Source of the DNA: Polyangiaceae bacterium
GTDB lineage: Bacteria; Myxococcota_A; Polyangia; Polyangiales; Polyangiaceae
Assembly (NCBI GenBank): GCA_965222375.1
Contig: CBDCTZ010000014.1
Span: 1,216,001-1,280,000, forward strand
DNA length: 64,000 nt
Direction of reading: 5' to 3'
Positions 8,291 through 18,873 of this stretch are shown here, one piece after another. The notes beneath the pieces were generated by a model. The model did not search any database. It had not been told where the DNA came from and saw only the letters and a list, made by a program, of their open reading frames with translations. A program made the position numbers and the translations under genes. Positions within the stretch are counted from its first letter, which is position 1, and every line of letters begins with the position of its first letter.

Positions 8291-8755
8291 ATGCCGAAAA
8301 CCGAGGCTGACGCTGAGGTCAGCCAACTCTTTGGCCAGCTCTACTTGCATCTTCACCCGCGGCGTGGGGCCTCCGAGTATCGACCCAATCGCGCTAGCCT
8401 AGCCCTGCTTCGGCACCTGGCTGTTTCGGGCCCCTTGACCGTCGCCGAGGCGTGCAAGCACTTTGGGCGCTCCCAGGCCGCCACGAGCGAAACGTTGTCC
8501 CGCTTGATGACTCGTGGCCTGGTCGCGCGCCACGAGGATGAGCGCGATCGGCGTCGCCACTTGGTGTGGCTGACCGAGGAAGGGCGCCGCGTCGTGAGTG
8601 ACGAAAGTCAGCCCCTCGACCGAGGGCTCGTGGCGGCGGTCCTCGGTCGCATGAACGAATCAAAGCGTCAGCAACTCCTGGCCGGGCTTCGGTCATTCGC
8701 CGATGCCGCGCTTCAACACGCACAGAGCTATCGAAAGGAACACCAAGATGAATGA
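8291..8755 (+). CDS. MarR family transcriptional regulator
   Basis: wHTH with RLMTRGLVARHEDERDRRRHLVWLTEEG. Confidence 0.9.
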   Translation: MPKTEADAEVSQLFGQLYLHLHPRRGASEYRPNRASLALLRHLAVSGPLTVAEACKHFGRSQAATSETLSRLMTRGLVARHEDERDRRRHLVWLTEEGRRVVSDESQPLDRGLVAAVLGRMNESKRQQLLAGLRSFADAALQHAQSYRKEHQDE

Positions 8756-9002
8756 TTCCAAGACTAGTTGTGAAAGCTGCACGATGCCGATCGAGAGCGG
8801 CCAATACTGCACGTACTGTAGTGACAGCGAAGGTCGTCTGAAGCCCTTCGATGACCGCTTTGGCAGCATGGTGAGCTGGACGATGCGAGAAGACTCGGGG
8901 CTCAGTCGCGCGGAGGCAGAGGCGAAGACTCTTGAGTTCATGGGCACGCTGCCAGCATGGCGGAATCACCCGGACTACATCGCGCGGATGGCCAAAAGCT
9001 GA
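8748..9002 (+). CDS. Zinc-ribbon domain protein (84 aa)
   Basis: CESCTMP...YCTYC and C-terminal LPAW. The ATG overlaps the MarR stop. Confidence 0.8.
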   Translation: MNDSKTSCESCTMPIESGQYCTYCSDSEGRLKPFDDRFGSMVSWTMREDSGLSRAEAEAKTLEFMGTLPAWRNHPDYIARMAKS

Positions 9003-9037
9003 CGCCCCAGTGCTTGGTTTGACGTGCTGCCGCCGGT

Positions 9038-9865
9038 CTACTCGAACTGGTAGTTCAGCGTAAGAGAGCGGCCGTTTCGAACGACCTGAAGCTCGAGGCT
9101 CTTGCGTCGAGCTGCGCCGGCCAGGAGCTGTAGCAAGCCTTGCGCGTTGCGCACCGAGGTCCCGCCGACCCTGACCACGCGATCGCCTCGGCGCAGTCCG
9201 GCGCGGGCCAGGGGGGCTGACTTGGAGAGCCCTCGAATCACGAAGGCATCGCCCTGCACCAGGCTCTTCAGCCCGCGGGATAGCTCCTCGGGTTTATCCA
9301 AGACCGCGAGCAGCATGCTGCGGTCGACTCGATACTGGCCAGGCTCGACCTCTTCCATGCGGGACAGCACACCTGTGGCGCCTGTGGGGTGGCTACTACG
9401 TTGGCTCGTGCCGAGCGCTCGGTTCTGAACGGGTTGTTGGGGTCGGTTGGCGCTCAATGCAAGCTGACACAAGCGTCGCTCGCGCAGTAGCCATGCGCTG
9501 GGACCTCGCGTCGGATGGTCTCCTACGAACGCGACTCTTGCGCGATCGACGTGTCCACCAAAGCTTCGGGTGATTTGGGCGCCGCCAGGCAGTTCGAAAG
9601 TTGCCAAGGAGTCGCGATTCTCCGCTACGGCGCTGACTGCCGCGAGGCGAAGGCCCGGGCACACGGAAGCCGTGAGGGGGCTGGGAGGTTGGGTCAGCAA
9701 TGGGACATGCTGTTTCTTCGGCTGCTGGGAGATACTCTTGATGCGACTTGCGCGCTGAACCGCGCGTCGAGGACCTGCCCGCATCGGATCAGTGCTCCTG
9801 TCGCCACAGCCCACGAGCAGGAGCGCCACTGCAGTCGCCAATCCAATCCGAAACCCGCAGAACAC
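9038..9865 (-). CDS. GspC-like PDZ domain (lipo)protein
   Basis: LLVGC lipobox. YRVDRSML region and C-terminal PDZ (AGLRRGDRVVRVGG...VVRNGRSLTLNY). Confidence 0.7.
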   Translation of the reverse strand: MFCGFRIGLATAVALLLVGCGDRSTDPMRAGPRRAVQRASRIKSISQQPKKQHVPLLTQPPSPLTASVCPGLRLAAVSAVAENRDSLATFELPGGAQITRSFGGHVDRARVAFVGDHPTRGPSAWLLRERRLCQLALSANRPQQPVQNRALGTSQRSSHPTGATGVLSRMEEVEPGQYRVDRSMLLAVLDKPEELSRGLKSLVQGDAFVIRGLSKSAPLARAGLRRGDRVVRVGGTSVRNAQGLLQLLAGAARRKSLELQVVRNGRSLTLNYQFE

Positions 9866-10431
9866 ACGCCACGTCTAGGGCGAGACCCGTGCCATCGCGA
9901 GTAGCAGGCGGCTCCGGCCTTTTTGCGCGGAGCGCGGCAACGGCTGTATGTGATCGAGACAGATTGTCATCGAACGCAGTCGCCAAGACCCAAAGTGTCA
10001 GTTCGACAGGCTCCGGCGGCGCCGTTTCCCGCAGCTGGGCGGGGGGCGTGGGGCCCGTGGCTGCCGAACCGCTTCGCGAGATTGTGGGGCGCGTGGCTGC
10101 CGAACCGGGTCCCGGCTTCGTGAGATTGGGGATTGGGGTCGGGGCGCGTTGCGGCGCTGGGCCGCGCCTCCCGCTCTGGGCCGAGCGCTTCGGGCGCAAC
10201 TCGCGCTCGGGGGCGACTGACTTGACGAACTCACTGCCCACCCAGCGCGCGGGCGGGCAGATTTGGGGCGGGATTGGGTTGGGCGTCCACCGGCGCTTCG
10301 CTGCGCTGGGATTGACACGCGGGCGACAGCAGTCTGCCGTGGGTGCGGGGGGCATTCGGGAGGCAGGGTGAGAGTAGTGCCCCGCCGGGGGCCAATGATG
10401 CGACCCCAAGACCAAGACTTCAGTCTAGTCG

Positions 10432-12820
10432 CTAGTACTTGCCGTTCGAGAACTCGAACAGGTAGCTGGCGCAGGTCAAGGCGCCGGCGCGGGTGATTCG
10501 GACGTAGAACCACGCCGTGTTGTTGTTGCAGTAGTTCCAGCTAGTGGACTTGGTTGTCCACGGCCTGCAGTTGCCTTCGCCGCAGGGGGAGCTGCCGGAG
10601 CAGCCTGAGGTCGTGCGGTTGAAGTCGGTCTTCCAATCCGTCACGGATGTCTCGCCGTTGGAGAGTTGCACGCCGCCGCTGCCGGGGCAGCCGCCGCGAT
10701 AGACGTCCATTCGATAGCCGTTGCCAGCGTTCAGCAGGAAGCGCATCGAGGCGTGGAACTCGTCACCATTTGTGTCCGTGTCATCCAGTGCCTGGAAGCG
10801 ATACCAAACTTCACGGCCCACGTAGGGCACGTTGCCGGATTGGAGCACCACCTGCGCCGAGGCATCCGGACAGATTGCCGAGGTTGATGGCGCTGGCGCA
10901 GCTATTGCCAGTCGTGACCGGGGTCGGGTTGGCCGCGCACTCGCAACCATCGCCGAAGGTGGTGTTGGTGTCGTAGTAGTTGGCGTTGCAGCTGCCGATT
11001 TCGCAGCCCAGGGCACCGCTACACTTCGGCGTGCCGTTGGAAACGGCGCCGCATAGGGTCACGACGGGGACTTCGGCGGTGTCCACGATGGCGTTGCAGT
11101 TGTTGTCCTTGCCGTCGCACTTCTCGGTGTTGCCGGGGAAGTTTCTGGTTGTCGTTGTCGTTGCAGTCAGCGCAGGAGCGGCTGCCGTCGCCGTCGTTGT
11201 CGACTTCGCCGCCAGAAGCGTCGGCTAGGCCATTGCAGTCGTTGTCTTGGCCGTCGCACTTCTCGGTGTTGCCGGGATAGTTCTGGTTGTCGTTGTCGTC
11301 GCAGTCCACGCAGGAGCGACTGCCGTCACCGTCGTTGTCGGCCTCGCCACCCGGGGCGTCGGCTAGGCCGTTACAGTCGTTGTCCTTGCCGTCGCACTTC
11401 TCGGTGTTGCCCGGGTAGTTCTGGTTGTCGTTGTCGTCGCAATCCGCGCACTTCGGGCTGCCGTCGCCGTCCGCGTCGCCCTCGCCGCCGGGGAAGTCCG
11501 CTAGGCCGTTGCAGTTGTTGTCCTTGCCGTCGCACTTCTCGGTGTTTCCGGGGTAGTTCTGGTTGTCGTTGTCGTTGCAGTCGACACAAGACAGGCTGCC
11601 GTCACTGTCGTTGTCCACTTCACCGCCGGGAGCGTCGAGTAGGCCGTTACAATTGTTGTCTTTGCCGTCACATTGTTCCGGATTGCCCGGGAAGCGGTCC
11701 TTGTCGTTGTCGTCACAATCTGCGCAAGCCCGGCTGCCGTCGCCGTCGCCATCGTTCTCGCCACCCGCCATGTCGGCTAGGCCGTTGCAGTTTGTTGTCC
11801 TTGCCGTCGCACTTCTCGGCGTTGCCTGGGTAATTGTCCTTGTCGTTGTCGTCGCAATCCTCGCAAGCCCGGCTGCCGTCCCCGTCGTTGTCGCCCTCGC
11901 CACCCGGGGCGTTGGCATTGCCGTCGCAATCGTTGTCTTTGCCGTCGCACTTCTCGGTGTTGCCTGGATAGCGGTCCTTGTCGTTGTCGTCGCAATCCTC
12001 GCAGGACAGACTGCCGTCGCCGTCATTGTCGAACTCGCCGCCTTGGGCGTCGGCAACGTTGTTGCAATCGTTGTCTTTGCCGTCGCACTTTTCGGTATTG
12101 CCCGGATAGCGATCCTTGTCGTTGTCGTCGCAGTCGTTGCAGGAGAAATGACCGTCTTGATCGACATCATCTTCGCCGCCGGGAAAGTCCTTGCTGCCGT
12201 TGCAGTCGGTGTCTTTGCCGTCGCACAGCTCCTTGGAGTTCGGGTTGACGTCCTTGTCGGAGTCGTCGCAGTCCTGACAAGCAGGCACGCCGTCACCGTC
12301 CGCGTCCGTGAAGCCGACGCTGCCATCGCAGTTGTAGTCGTTGGGATCAGAACAGTCGTTCTCGGGGGCGCCTGGATAAAACTTGGCGTCGTTGTCGTTG
12401 CAATCGCCCGCCTCACTGGCGTAGCCCGTCGGCTGGTTGCAGGGACGTCTTGGTTATCCCGGAAATGCCGATGCCGTCGCCGTCCTTGTCCTCGTACCAG
12501 GTCTTGGCGTCCGTCGCGTCTTCGTCGATCTGGAGGTCGCAGTCGTTGTCTTTTCCGTCGCAGACTTCCTCTTCGGGCACGCAGGTCGAGGCGTCTCCGG
12601 CGTCAGTGCCGCCGTCCTTGCCGCCGGTTGCGCCAGTCGCACCCGTCCCCCCGGTTGCGCCAGTGGCTCCAGTGCCACCGCTACCGCCGGGCGCGGGATC
12701 CGCCTCGCCGCCGCCAGCGCAAGCTGGGGCCAGCGCAAGCGAAGCTGCGAAAACCAAGAAGAAAAGTCGGCACCAAGCGGATTTGGTGTGCCTCACGTCG
12801 AGTCCCTCCAAGCGCCACAT
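10432..12820 (-). pseudogene. Lipoprotein with MopE-like putative metal-binding Asp/Cys repeats, interrupted by four +1 frameshifts (possibly sequencing errors)
   Basis: Fragments in successive frames join into one protein if single extra bases at ~12443, ~11792, ~11143 and ~10867 are removed. Repeats DCDDND..YPGNTEKCDGKDNDCNG. Confidence 0.8.
11090..12310 (-). repeat. About nine tandem 138-bp (46-aa) coding repeats
   Basis: gccgtcgcacttctcgg recurs at 11111, 11250 and 11388 and continues at about this period. Unit DxDGDGSxxCxDCDDNDxxxYPGNTEKCDGKDNxCNGxxDxxGGE. Confidence 0.9.
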
Positions 12821-12974
12821 AACGAGCGGTTGTTAACGGCCTCAATCTTAACATGTGGCCACCCTCGGGTCGGGTGGCTGCCGGGTCGGGCCGCAAACGA
12901 GGTGCGCTATACACCCACATCCTGCGCCTGCCCGCGGCCGCACGAGGCCGAAAATGCTACGATCCCCCCAGAAA

Positions 12975-14774
12975 ATGCAGCTAGCTTGGACCTATGCGCT
13001 GGGCGTGGCCGTGGCGCCGCTTGCGGTCGCGGTCGCCTGCGCGAGCGACGCGGACCCGCCGCCGAGCAGCACGTCGACTGGCGGCGCCGGTGGTGCGGGG
13101 GCCGCCGCGGGCAGTGCCGGCGTGGCCGGCACGGGCGGAGGCACCGGCGGAAAAGACGCTGGCACCATCAACGTCGATGGTGGCATCAAGCTGTGCCCGC
13201 GCTGCTCCGACGATCTGCACGCCATCGTCGACTGTGACGACAAAGTCTTGGAAGCGTGCCTCGGCTCTGACGGCTGTGACAGCGCGACGGTGACGTGCAC
13301 CAACGCTTGCGTCGCGGCAGAGAGCGCCCAGCGTTCGGTGGGTTGCGAGTACTACGCGGTTCAGATGGACCAGCTAAACGATCAAGGGTGCTTCGCGGCG
13401 TTCATTGCCAACACTTGGAACTCCGCCGCTAAGCTGACTGTCGAACTGAACGGGCAGCAACTGCCGCTATCGAACTTCGCCTACATCCCCGTGGGCTGGG
13501 GGCCGACCTTGAACTACGCGCCCATCGGAAGCGCGGGGCTTGCTCCAGGCAAGGTGGCGATCTTGTTTCTGGCCGGACCGGATGGCACTCCTGCGAAGGA
13601 CAAACCCGTGTGCCCCAAGCCATCGGCGGTGCCTGCGGGGACCATGTTGGCGAACAAGAGCGGCAAGGGGCCCGCGTTTCGCATCACTTCCGACGTGCCT
13701 GTGGTGGCCTACCAGATCAATCCCTACGGTGGTGGTTTCGCCGCCGTCACGGGGTCGTCGCTGCTGATCCCCACGAGCGCCTGGGACAAGGAATACCTGG
13801 CCCTGCACGCCTACGACTCTGGGCCGCACCCCACGAGCATGAACATCGTGGCGAAGGAGGACACCACCATCAAGATGTTGCCGACCAACAACATCAAGGG
13901 TGGCAATGGATTGCCCCCAGGCGCTGCATACGGTGACTACACGGTGAGCCTGAAGGCTGGTGAGCACGTGCAGTTCACTCAACTCCATACCCTTTCGGGA
14001 ACGACCATCCAGGCCGACAAGCCGGTGGGCTTCTTTGCTGGTGCCCGTTGCTCACAAGTGCCGACCAATGTGTATGCTTGCGATCACCTGGAACAGATGA
14101 TCCCGCCGATTCAGGCTTTGGGTCATGAATACGTGGGTGTCTCTCACACGCCCCGTAGTGCCGAACCGGCGGTTTGGCGGATCATGGGCATGGTTGCAGA
14201 TACGAAGCTGGCCTACTCCGCGGATGTGGGCGGACCCACCCAGCTCAAGCAAGGGCAGATCATCGAGTTCTCGACCACCTTTCCCTTCTCGGTGAAGAGT
14301 CAGGACAGCGACCATCCCTTCATTCTCATGGCGTACATGACCGGGGGCAGCACCAAAGGCATGACCGGGATAGGCGACGCGGAGTCGGTGCTTTCGGTGC
14401 CACCCGCCCAGTTCCTGACCGAGTACGTGTTTTTCACGGACCCGACCTACCCGGTGACGAACTTGGTCGCGGTGCGTGCGCCGGATAGGAACGGAAGCTT
14501 TGACGACGTGACCCTGGACTGCGCCGGCACCCTCACCGGTTGGAAGAAGGTGGGCAAGTTCGAGTACACGCGCCTCAATTTGACTCAGGGGGACTTCGAA
14601 GGCGTCGGAACGTGCTCAACGGGCGCCCACAAGGTCCACAGCGACGGCAAGTTCGGTCTATACGTCTGGGGCTGGGGTTCCCCGGGCACCAGCACCTTCA
14701 CGGAATACGTCTCCTACGGCTACCCGGCCGGGATGAACATCCAACGTCTGAACCAAGTTGCGTTGCCGCGCTGA
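12975..14774 (+). CDS. IgGFc-binding protein N-terminal domain lipoprotein
   Basis: VAVAC lipobox, Gly linker, SVGCEYYAV, CDHLEQMIPPIQALGHEY and SYGYPAGM motifs. Confidence 0.8.
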   Translation: MQLAWTYALGVAVAPLAVAVACASDADPPPSSTSTGGAGGAGAAAGSAGVAGTGGGTGGKDAGTINVDGGIKLCPRCSDDLHAIVDCDDKVLEACLGSDGCDSATVTCTNACVAAESAQRSVGCEYYAVQMDQLNDQGCFAAFIANTWNSAAKLTVELNGQQLPLSNFAYIPVGWGPTLNYAPIGSAGLAPGKVAILFLAGPDGTPAKDKPVCPKPSAVPAGTMLANKSGKGPAFRITSDVPVVAYQINPYGGGFAAVTGSSLLIPTSAWDKEYLALHAYDSGPHPTSMNIVAKEDTTIKMLPTNNIKGGNGLPPGAAYGDYTVSLKAGEHVQFTQLHTLSGTTIQADKPVGFFAGARCSQVPTNVYACDHLEQMIPPIQALGHEYVGVSHTPRSAEPAVWRIMGMVADTKLAYSADVGGPTQLKQGQIIEFSTTFPFSVKSQDSDHPFILMAYMTGGSTKGMTGIGDAESVLSVPPAQFLTEYVFFTDPTYPVTNLVAVRAPDRNGSFDDVTLDCAGTLTGWKKVGKFEYTRLNLTQGDFEGVGTCSTGAHKVHSDGKFGLYVWGWGSPGTSTFTEYVSYGYPAGMNIQRLNQVALPR

Positions 14775-14806
14775 GCTGCACGGGCGCGCGATAGTACGGG
14801 GCGCAC

Positions 14807-15079
14807 ATGTGTCGCAACATTCGCACTCTTCACAACTTCGACCCTCCGGCGACGCGCGAGGAAGCGGCTGCTGCTGCCCTCCAATACGTGCGCAAGATCT
14901 CGGGCGCGACGCGCCCCTCCGCCAGGAATACGGCTGCCTTCGAGCGCGCCGTCCGCGACGTCACGGCCGTGACCGAGCGACTGTTAGATGAGCTGGTGGC
15001 GCACTCCCCGCCAAAAAACCGCGATGCCGAACGACAGAAGGCCAAGCTGCGAGCTCAAAAACGCTTTGCGAGTGGCTGA
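14807..15079 (+). CDS. DUF2277 family protein
   Basis: MCRNIRTLHNFDPPAT...AAALQYVRKISG signature. Confidence 0.85.
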   Translation: MCRNIRTLHNFDPPATREEAAAAALQYVRKISGATRPSARNTAAFERAVRDVTAVTERLLDELVAHSPPKNRDAERQKAKLRAQKRFASG

Positions 15080-15138
15080 AGCGCGGCTGCGGCTGGCGAT
15101 CTGCCGGCAGCTAGCTTAGGTCGACCTTCGGAAACACG

Positions 15139-16713
15139 ATGTCGCTGTCGGCCGAAGCAGGGAGGGGCGTCGCGTGGATGACGGCTGGTAAGACCGTGGC
15201 CCAATTCGTCGGGGTTGGCGTATCTCTGGTGCTGGCGCGGCTGCTGACGCCCGAAGACTTCGGGCTCTTGGGCATGGTCGTGGTGCTCGTAGGCTTCCTT
15301 GCCGTGCTGAGCGACCTGGGGCTCACGGCGGCGTTGATCCAGCGTGAGGATCTGCAGGAGCGACATCGCTCCAGCGTGTTTTGGCTGATGTGTAGCGTGG
15401 GGTTCGTCTTGGCGGGCCTGCTGGCACTGTCCGCGCCCTACGTTGCGGCGTTCTACAAAGAGCAGCGGCTGACGACCCTGGTGCGGGTACTCGCAATCGA
15501 CTTTGCGCTGTGGCCCTTCATTGCGGCGCAGCACGCGGTGCTCTCACGGCGCATGGCCTTCAAGGCGATTGCGATGGCGGAGACCGTGAGCGTCGTGGTG
15601 GGTGGCGGCGTCGCGCTGACGCTGGCGTTGCTCAAGTATGGTGTATGGGCGCTGGTGGCTAAAGCGCTGGCTTCGAGTGCCGCTCTCCTGCTCACGTTCT
15701 GGATCGCGTCAGATTGGCGACCGCGTTTCGCGTTTGACCGCGGTGCCATCTCGGATCTGTTCCGATTCAGCTCGAATCTGTTGGGTCACAACATCGTCGG
15801 TTACTGGTCACATCAAACAGACGATCTCCTGATTGGCCGCCGCTTGGGTGCGACGCCCTTGGGCTTGTACACCCGTGCCTACTCCACCGTCATGCTGCCG
15901 GTGCGCGAGGTGGGGACCGTGCTGGGCCGGGTCATGTTTCCGACGCTGTCCAAGATGCAGAGCGAGCCAAAGGAGATGAAGCGCCTGTATCTGCGCGTCG
16001 TTGGGGCCACGGCGCTCCTGACTTTTCCAGCCATGGCGGTTCTCTTCGTCGTCGCCGAGCCACTGACGTTGGTGGTCTTCGGTGATCAGTGGCTGGGGAT
16101 CGTGGCCGTTTTGCGCATTTACGCAGTGGTGGGCGCGTTCCAAGCCATCGCCAGCACGGTGAACTGGATATACAAGGCATGTGGACGCACGGACTTGATG
16201 TTTCGTTGGGGCATCGTGTCGAGCATTGTCATAGTGGCGGCTGTTCTTGTCGGCACGCAGTTTGGAAGCATCGAAGCCATTGCACTTTCCTACGGCATCG
16301 CCCTGGTCGTGTTGCTGTCCTACCCCCACTTCGCCATTCCCGGCCGCTTGATCGGGCTATCGCCGATGGAGGTTTTCAAGACCGTGGTGGGCATTGCTGC
16401 CGCCGCGCTATTGACGGGTGGTTTCAGCTACGGCCTTGGCTTCCTGACCGCGTCTTTCGCCCGGGGACTCGATCTGGCGATTCGGATGACCGCTGCAGGA
16501 GTCGTCTATCTCACCTGTTTGAAGCTGCTGCGAGTGCCCGTGTACGTCGAGTTACGAGAGGCGGCGCGGCAGCGATTGCTGGCGTGGGCCGGAGCGGACT
16601 CCACGGCCAGCATAGAGAGGAGCGAGTCAGCAGAAGCTAGCGAGGCGGCGGAAACGAACGCGTCGGCCAGTGGGGCCGGCTCGGGCAGCGACGTGGGCTC
16701 TCAGTCCAAGTAG
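15139..16713 (+). CDS. WzxC-like MOP polysaccharide flippase
   Basis: LARLLTPEDFGL, SDLGLTAALIQR, LGLYTRAY. About 12 TM segments. Confidence 0.85.
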   Translation: MSLSAEAGRGVAWMTAGKTVAQFVGVGVSLVLARLLTPEDFGLLGMVVVLVGFLAVLSDLGLTAALIQREDLQERHRSSVFWLMCSVGFVLAGLLALSAPYVAAFYKEQRLTTLVRVLAIDFALWPFIAAQHAVLSRRMAFKAIAMAETVSVVVGGGVALTLALLKYGVWALVAKALASSAALLLTFWIASDWRPRFAFDRGAISDLFRFSSNLLGHNIVGYWSHQTDDLLIGRRLGATPLGLYTRAYSTVMLPVREVGTVLGRVMFPTLSKMQSEPKEMKRLYLRVVGATALLTFPAMAVLFVVAEPLTLVVFGDQWLGIVAVLRIYAVVGAFQAIASTVNWIYKACGRTDLMFRWGIVSSIVIVAAVLVGTQFGSIEAIALSYGIALVVLLSYPHFAIPGRLIGLSPMEVFKTVVGIAAAALLTGGFSYGLGFLTASFARGLDLAIRMTAAGVVYLTCLKLLRVPVYVELREAARQRLLAWAGADSTASIERSESAEASEAAETNASASGAGSGSDVGSQSK

Positions 16714-18203
16714 TAGGCGCTGAAGCTGCGCATGGTCCAGTCCGTGCCGTGGGTGTTGGCGCCCAAGCGTACGACGTCCGACGCGCCCGGCTGGTGCGGG
16801 AAAGACTGGTAATCGACCTCGAAACTCTCGCGCAGAAGTCCAGTTTCGAAGATGCGTACGCTGAGGAATTTGGGTGCCGGCGAACCGTCCATCTTTTCAT
16901 GCACGTGCACCCGCAGCAGGTATTCGGCGTTCTTCGTGCCCCAGGCTACGGGCGTTTGGCCGATCTCCGCGAAGCCCCCGGTGACGAAGCCCATGTGCTT
17001 CATCACGCCGCCGGTTCCAGAGGGTGGCACGTCAAGGTTGATGCTCCAGGTACTTGGTGGGGCCAGGTCTCCAGCTGGGCCCGCCACATTCAGGTTGAGC
17101 GCGAAGGAGTTCAGCCCCGAGACCGGCCCCCCAGCGTCGTGAGTTCGGAACAAGGTCTCGACGGCGTAGGGCCTTCCCGGCGCAACGCTGGTGTCGCGGC
17201 GAACCAGGTGTTGGTTGGCGCCTCCCAAGTCCTCCATCGTCAACTGATCGTCGTTGGCTTGATATTTGAACGCGCCCGGGCCGGTGTGAGGATCCCAGAT
17301 GCCGTGAGCTACCACGCCGTCGAAGTCCGTGACGATCGTCTTGCTCCAGCTACGGCCCGCGGCCCAGTCGATTCCGCCCGCGACGTGCTGCACGAAGGCT
17401 GATTCATCCCAGCTGGCTTCGGTGTGCCCGAGGGCGGTGTAAAACGAGCGACCTCCGTCGAACTTCTGGTACCAGGCGATGGGGTGGTCACTGCCCATGG
17501 CGGACCCTCCCGGGGTGTAGGTCGATTCATCTAGTGAGATGAGTACGTTCACGTTGGCGCGGGGAGACGCCTGAAATGAGTAGTACTCGTCCGTGCGTGA
17601 CCAGTTCAGCGGAAGGTGCGCGGTGGACAGGTGGCCGCCACGCTCGACGACCAACCCGCCTTGCTGGATCGCTGGGTGGCTGGAGAAGAAGGCGCCCACC
17701 AGGGAGCCGTACCAAGCCCAGCCGTACTCGGTGTCTGTGGCAGAGTGCACACCCACGAAACCGCCGCCGCCCTGGATGAAGCGCTCGAAGGCGGATTGCT
17801 CCGGATCGGTCAGCATGTCGCCAGACGTCATCAAGAACACGACCACGTCGAACTCCGCCAACCCTGAGTCGCTGAACAGGCTGGCGTCTTCGCTGGCCGT
17901 CACCGCCCAGTCGCGAGCAGGCCCAAGGGCGCCGAGGGTGGCGGCCGCTTTCTCAATCGATGTGTGGCGAAACCCGGCCGTCTTGCTGAACAGCAAGATG
18001 CGTGCGGTCTTGCCGGCGTCGGTGGCGCCATCCGCCGCTGCATCCACGCCGGCCTCCGCGCCCGCGTCCGCTTGGGCGTCGCGGCCGGCCTCCGACGGAC
18101 TGTCGCTGCCCGCGTCCTTCGGCGGCGAGCCGCTGTCGGCATCATCCGAACACGCCGCACACAGCAGCGCGCCCATCGCCCAAGCCATGACCCGATGACG
18201 CAT
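16701..18203 (-). CDS. ThuA domain lipoprotein with C-terminal beta-rich domain
   Basis: ILLFSKTAGFRHTSI, GGGFVGVHSATDTEY, GRSFYTALGH. LCAAC lipobox. Confidence 0.85.
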   Translation of the reverse strand: MRHRVMAWAMGALLCAACSDDADSGSPPKDAGSDSPSEAGRDAQADAGAEAGVDAAADGATDAGKTARILLFSKTAGFRHTSIEKAAATLGALGPARDWAVTASEDASLFSDSGLAEFDVVVFLMTSGDMLTDPEQSAFERFIQGGGGFVGVHSATDTEYGWAWYGSLVGAFFSSHPAIQQGGLVVERGGHLSTAHLPLNWSRTDEYYSFQASPRANVNVLISLDESTYTPGGSAMGSDHPIAWYQKFDGGRSFYTALGHTEASWDESAFVQHVAGGIDWAAGRSWSKTIVTDFDGVVAHGIWDPHTGPGAFKYQANDDQLTMEDLGGANQHLVRRDTSVAPGRPYAVETLFRTHDAGGPVSGLNSFALNLNVAGPAGDLAPPSTWSINLDVPPSGTGGVMKHMGFVTGGFAEIGQTPVAWGTKNAEYLLRVHVHEKMDGSPAPKFLSVRIFETGLLRESFEVDYQSFPHQPGASDVVRLGANTHGTDWTMRSFSAYYLD

Positions 18204-18246
18204 GCAGCCAGCGTAGCATGCGCCAGCTGCGCTCAACTTCGATGGT

Positions 18247-18792
18247 TCAGCCGCGACGCCGACGCAGGGCAACGGCGACGCCCGCCAACAGCAGCGCCAG
18301 CCCAGTGGGCGCGCCCTTGTTGCTGACGCGACAGCCACACCCGCCGTCATCTCCACTCGAGCCGCCAGGAGCGTTACCCGATCCACCGCCACTCACGCTA
18401 CCGCCGCTGCCACTCGTGGTGCCGCCGGTCGCGCTCCCCGCGCTGCCACCCGCCGCCGCTCCGGCGCTGCCTCCGCTCGCAGCGCCCGCGCTGCCGGCAG
18501 TCCCCGCGCCGCCGCCTGCTCCCGCGCTGCCGACTAGCTTGCATTTACCCGTCGCGACGCAACTGGGCATACCATTGGAATCCACCGCGCAGCCCTGGCC
18601 CGGACAGCAGATCATGAGCTTGCCACCGCAACCGGGGTCTTCGTTCCACTCGACGCACACGGCGTCCGCGCTGATGCCCTTGCAATCTGCTGCGGAGGTG
18701 CAGGTTGGGCACCCGCCCGCCAATGCCAGAGGCGAGAAAAGCACGGTGGCGGAAAAGCCAAGGATGGCGGCGGTGGTTCGAATGCTGAGCAT
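18247..18792 (-). CDS. Cys-rich MYXO-CTERM sorting domain protein
   Basis: Signal peptide, Cys-rich domain, Gly linker, and C-terminal GGCGCRV...LALLLAGVAVALRRRRG. Confidence 0.85.
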   Translation of the reverse strand: MLSIRTTAAILGFSATVLFSPLALAGGCPTCTSAADCKGISADAVCVEWNEDPGCGGKLMICCPGQGCAVDSNGMPSCVATGKCKLVGSAGAGGGAGTAGSAGAASGGSAGAAAGGSAGSATGGTTSGSGGSVSGGGSGNAPGGSSGDDGGCGCRVSNKGAPTGLALLLAGVAVALRRRRG

Positions 18793-18873
18793 GGTGGTAC
18801 CTCCTCGGCTGGCAGCCTACGCCGCCGTGGCCGGCGAACTCAAGGTTTCGCCAGAAGCGTCGTTAGTGGCAGT

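Noticed and set aside
11090..12310. CRISPR or non-coding repeat array
   Set aside because: The 138-bp period is a multiple of three and encodes a conserved Asp/Cys protein repeat.
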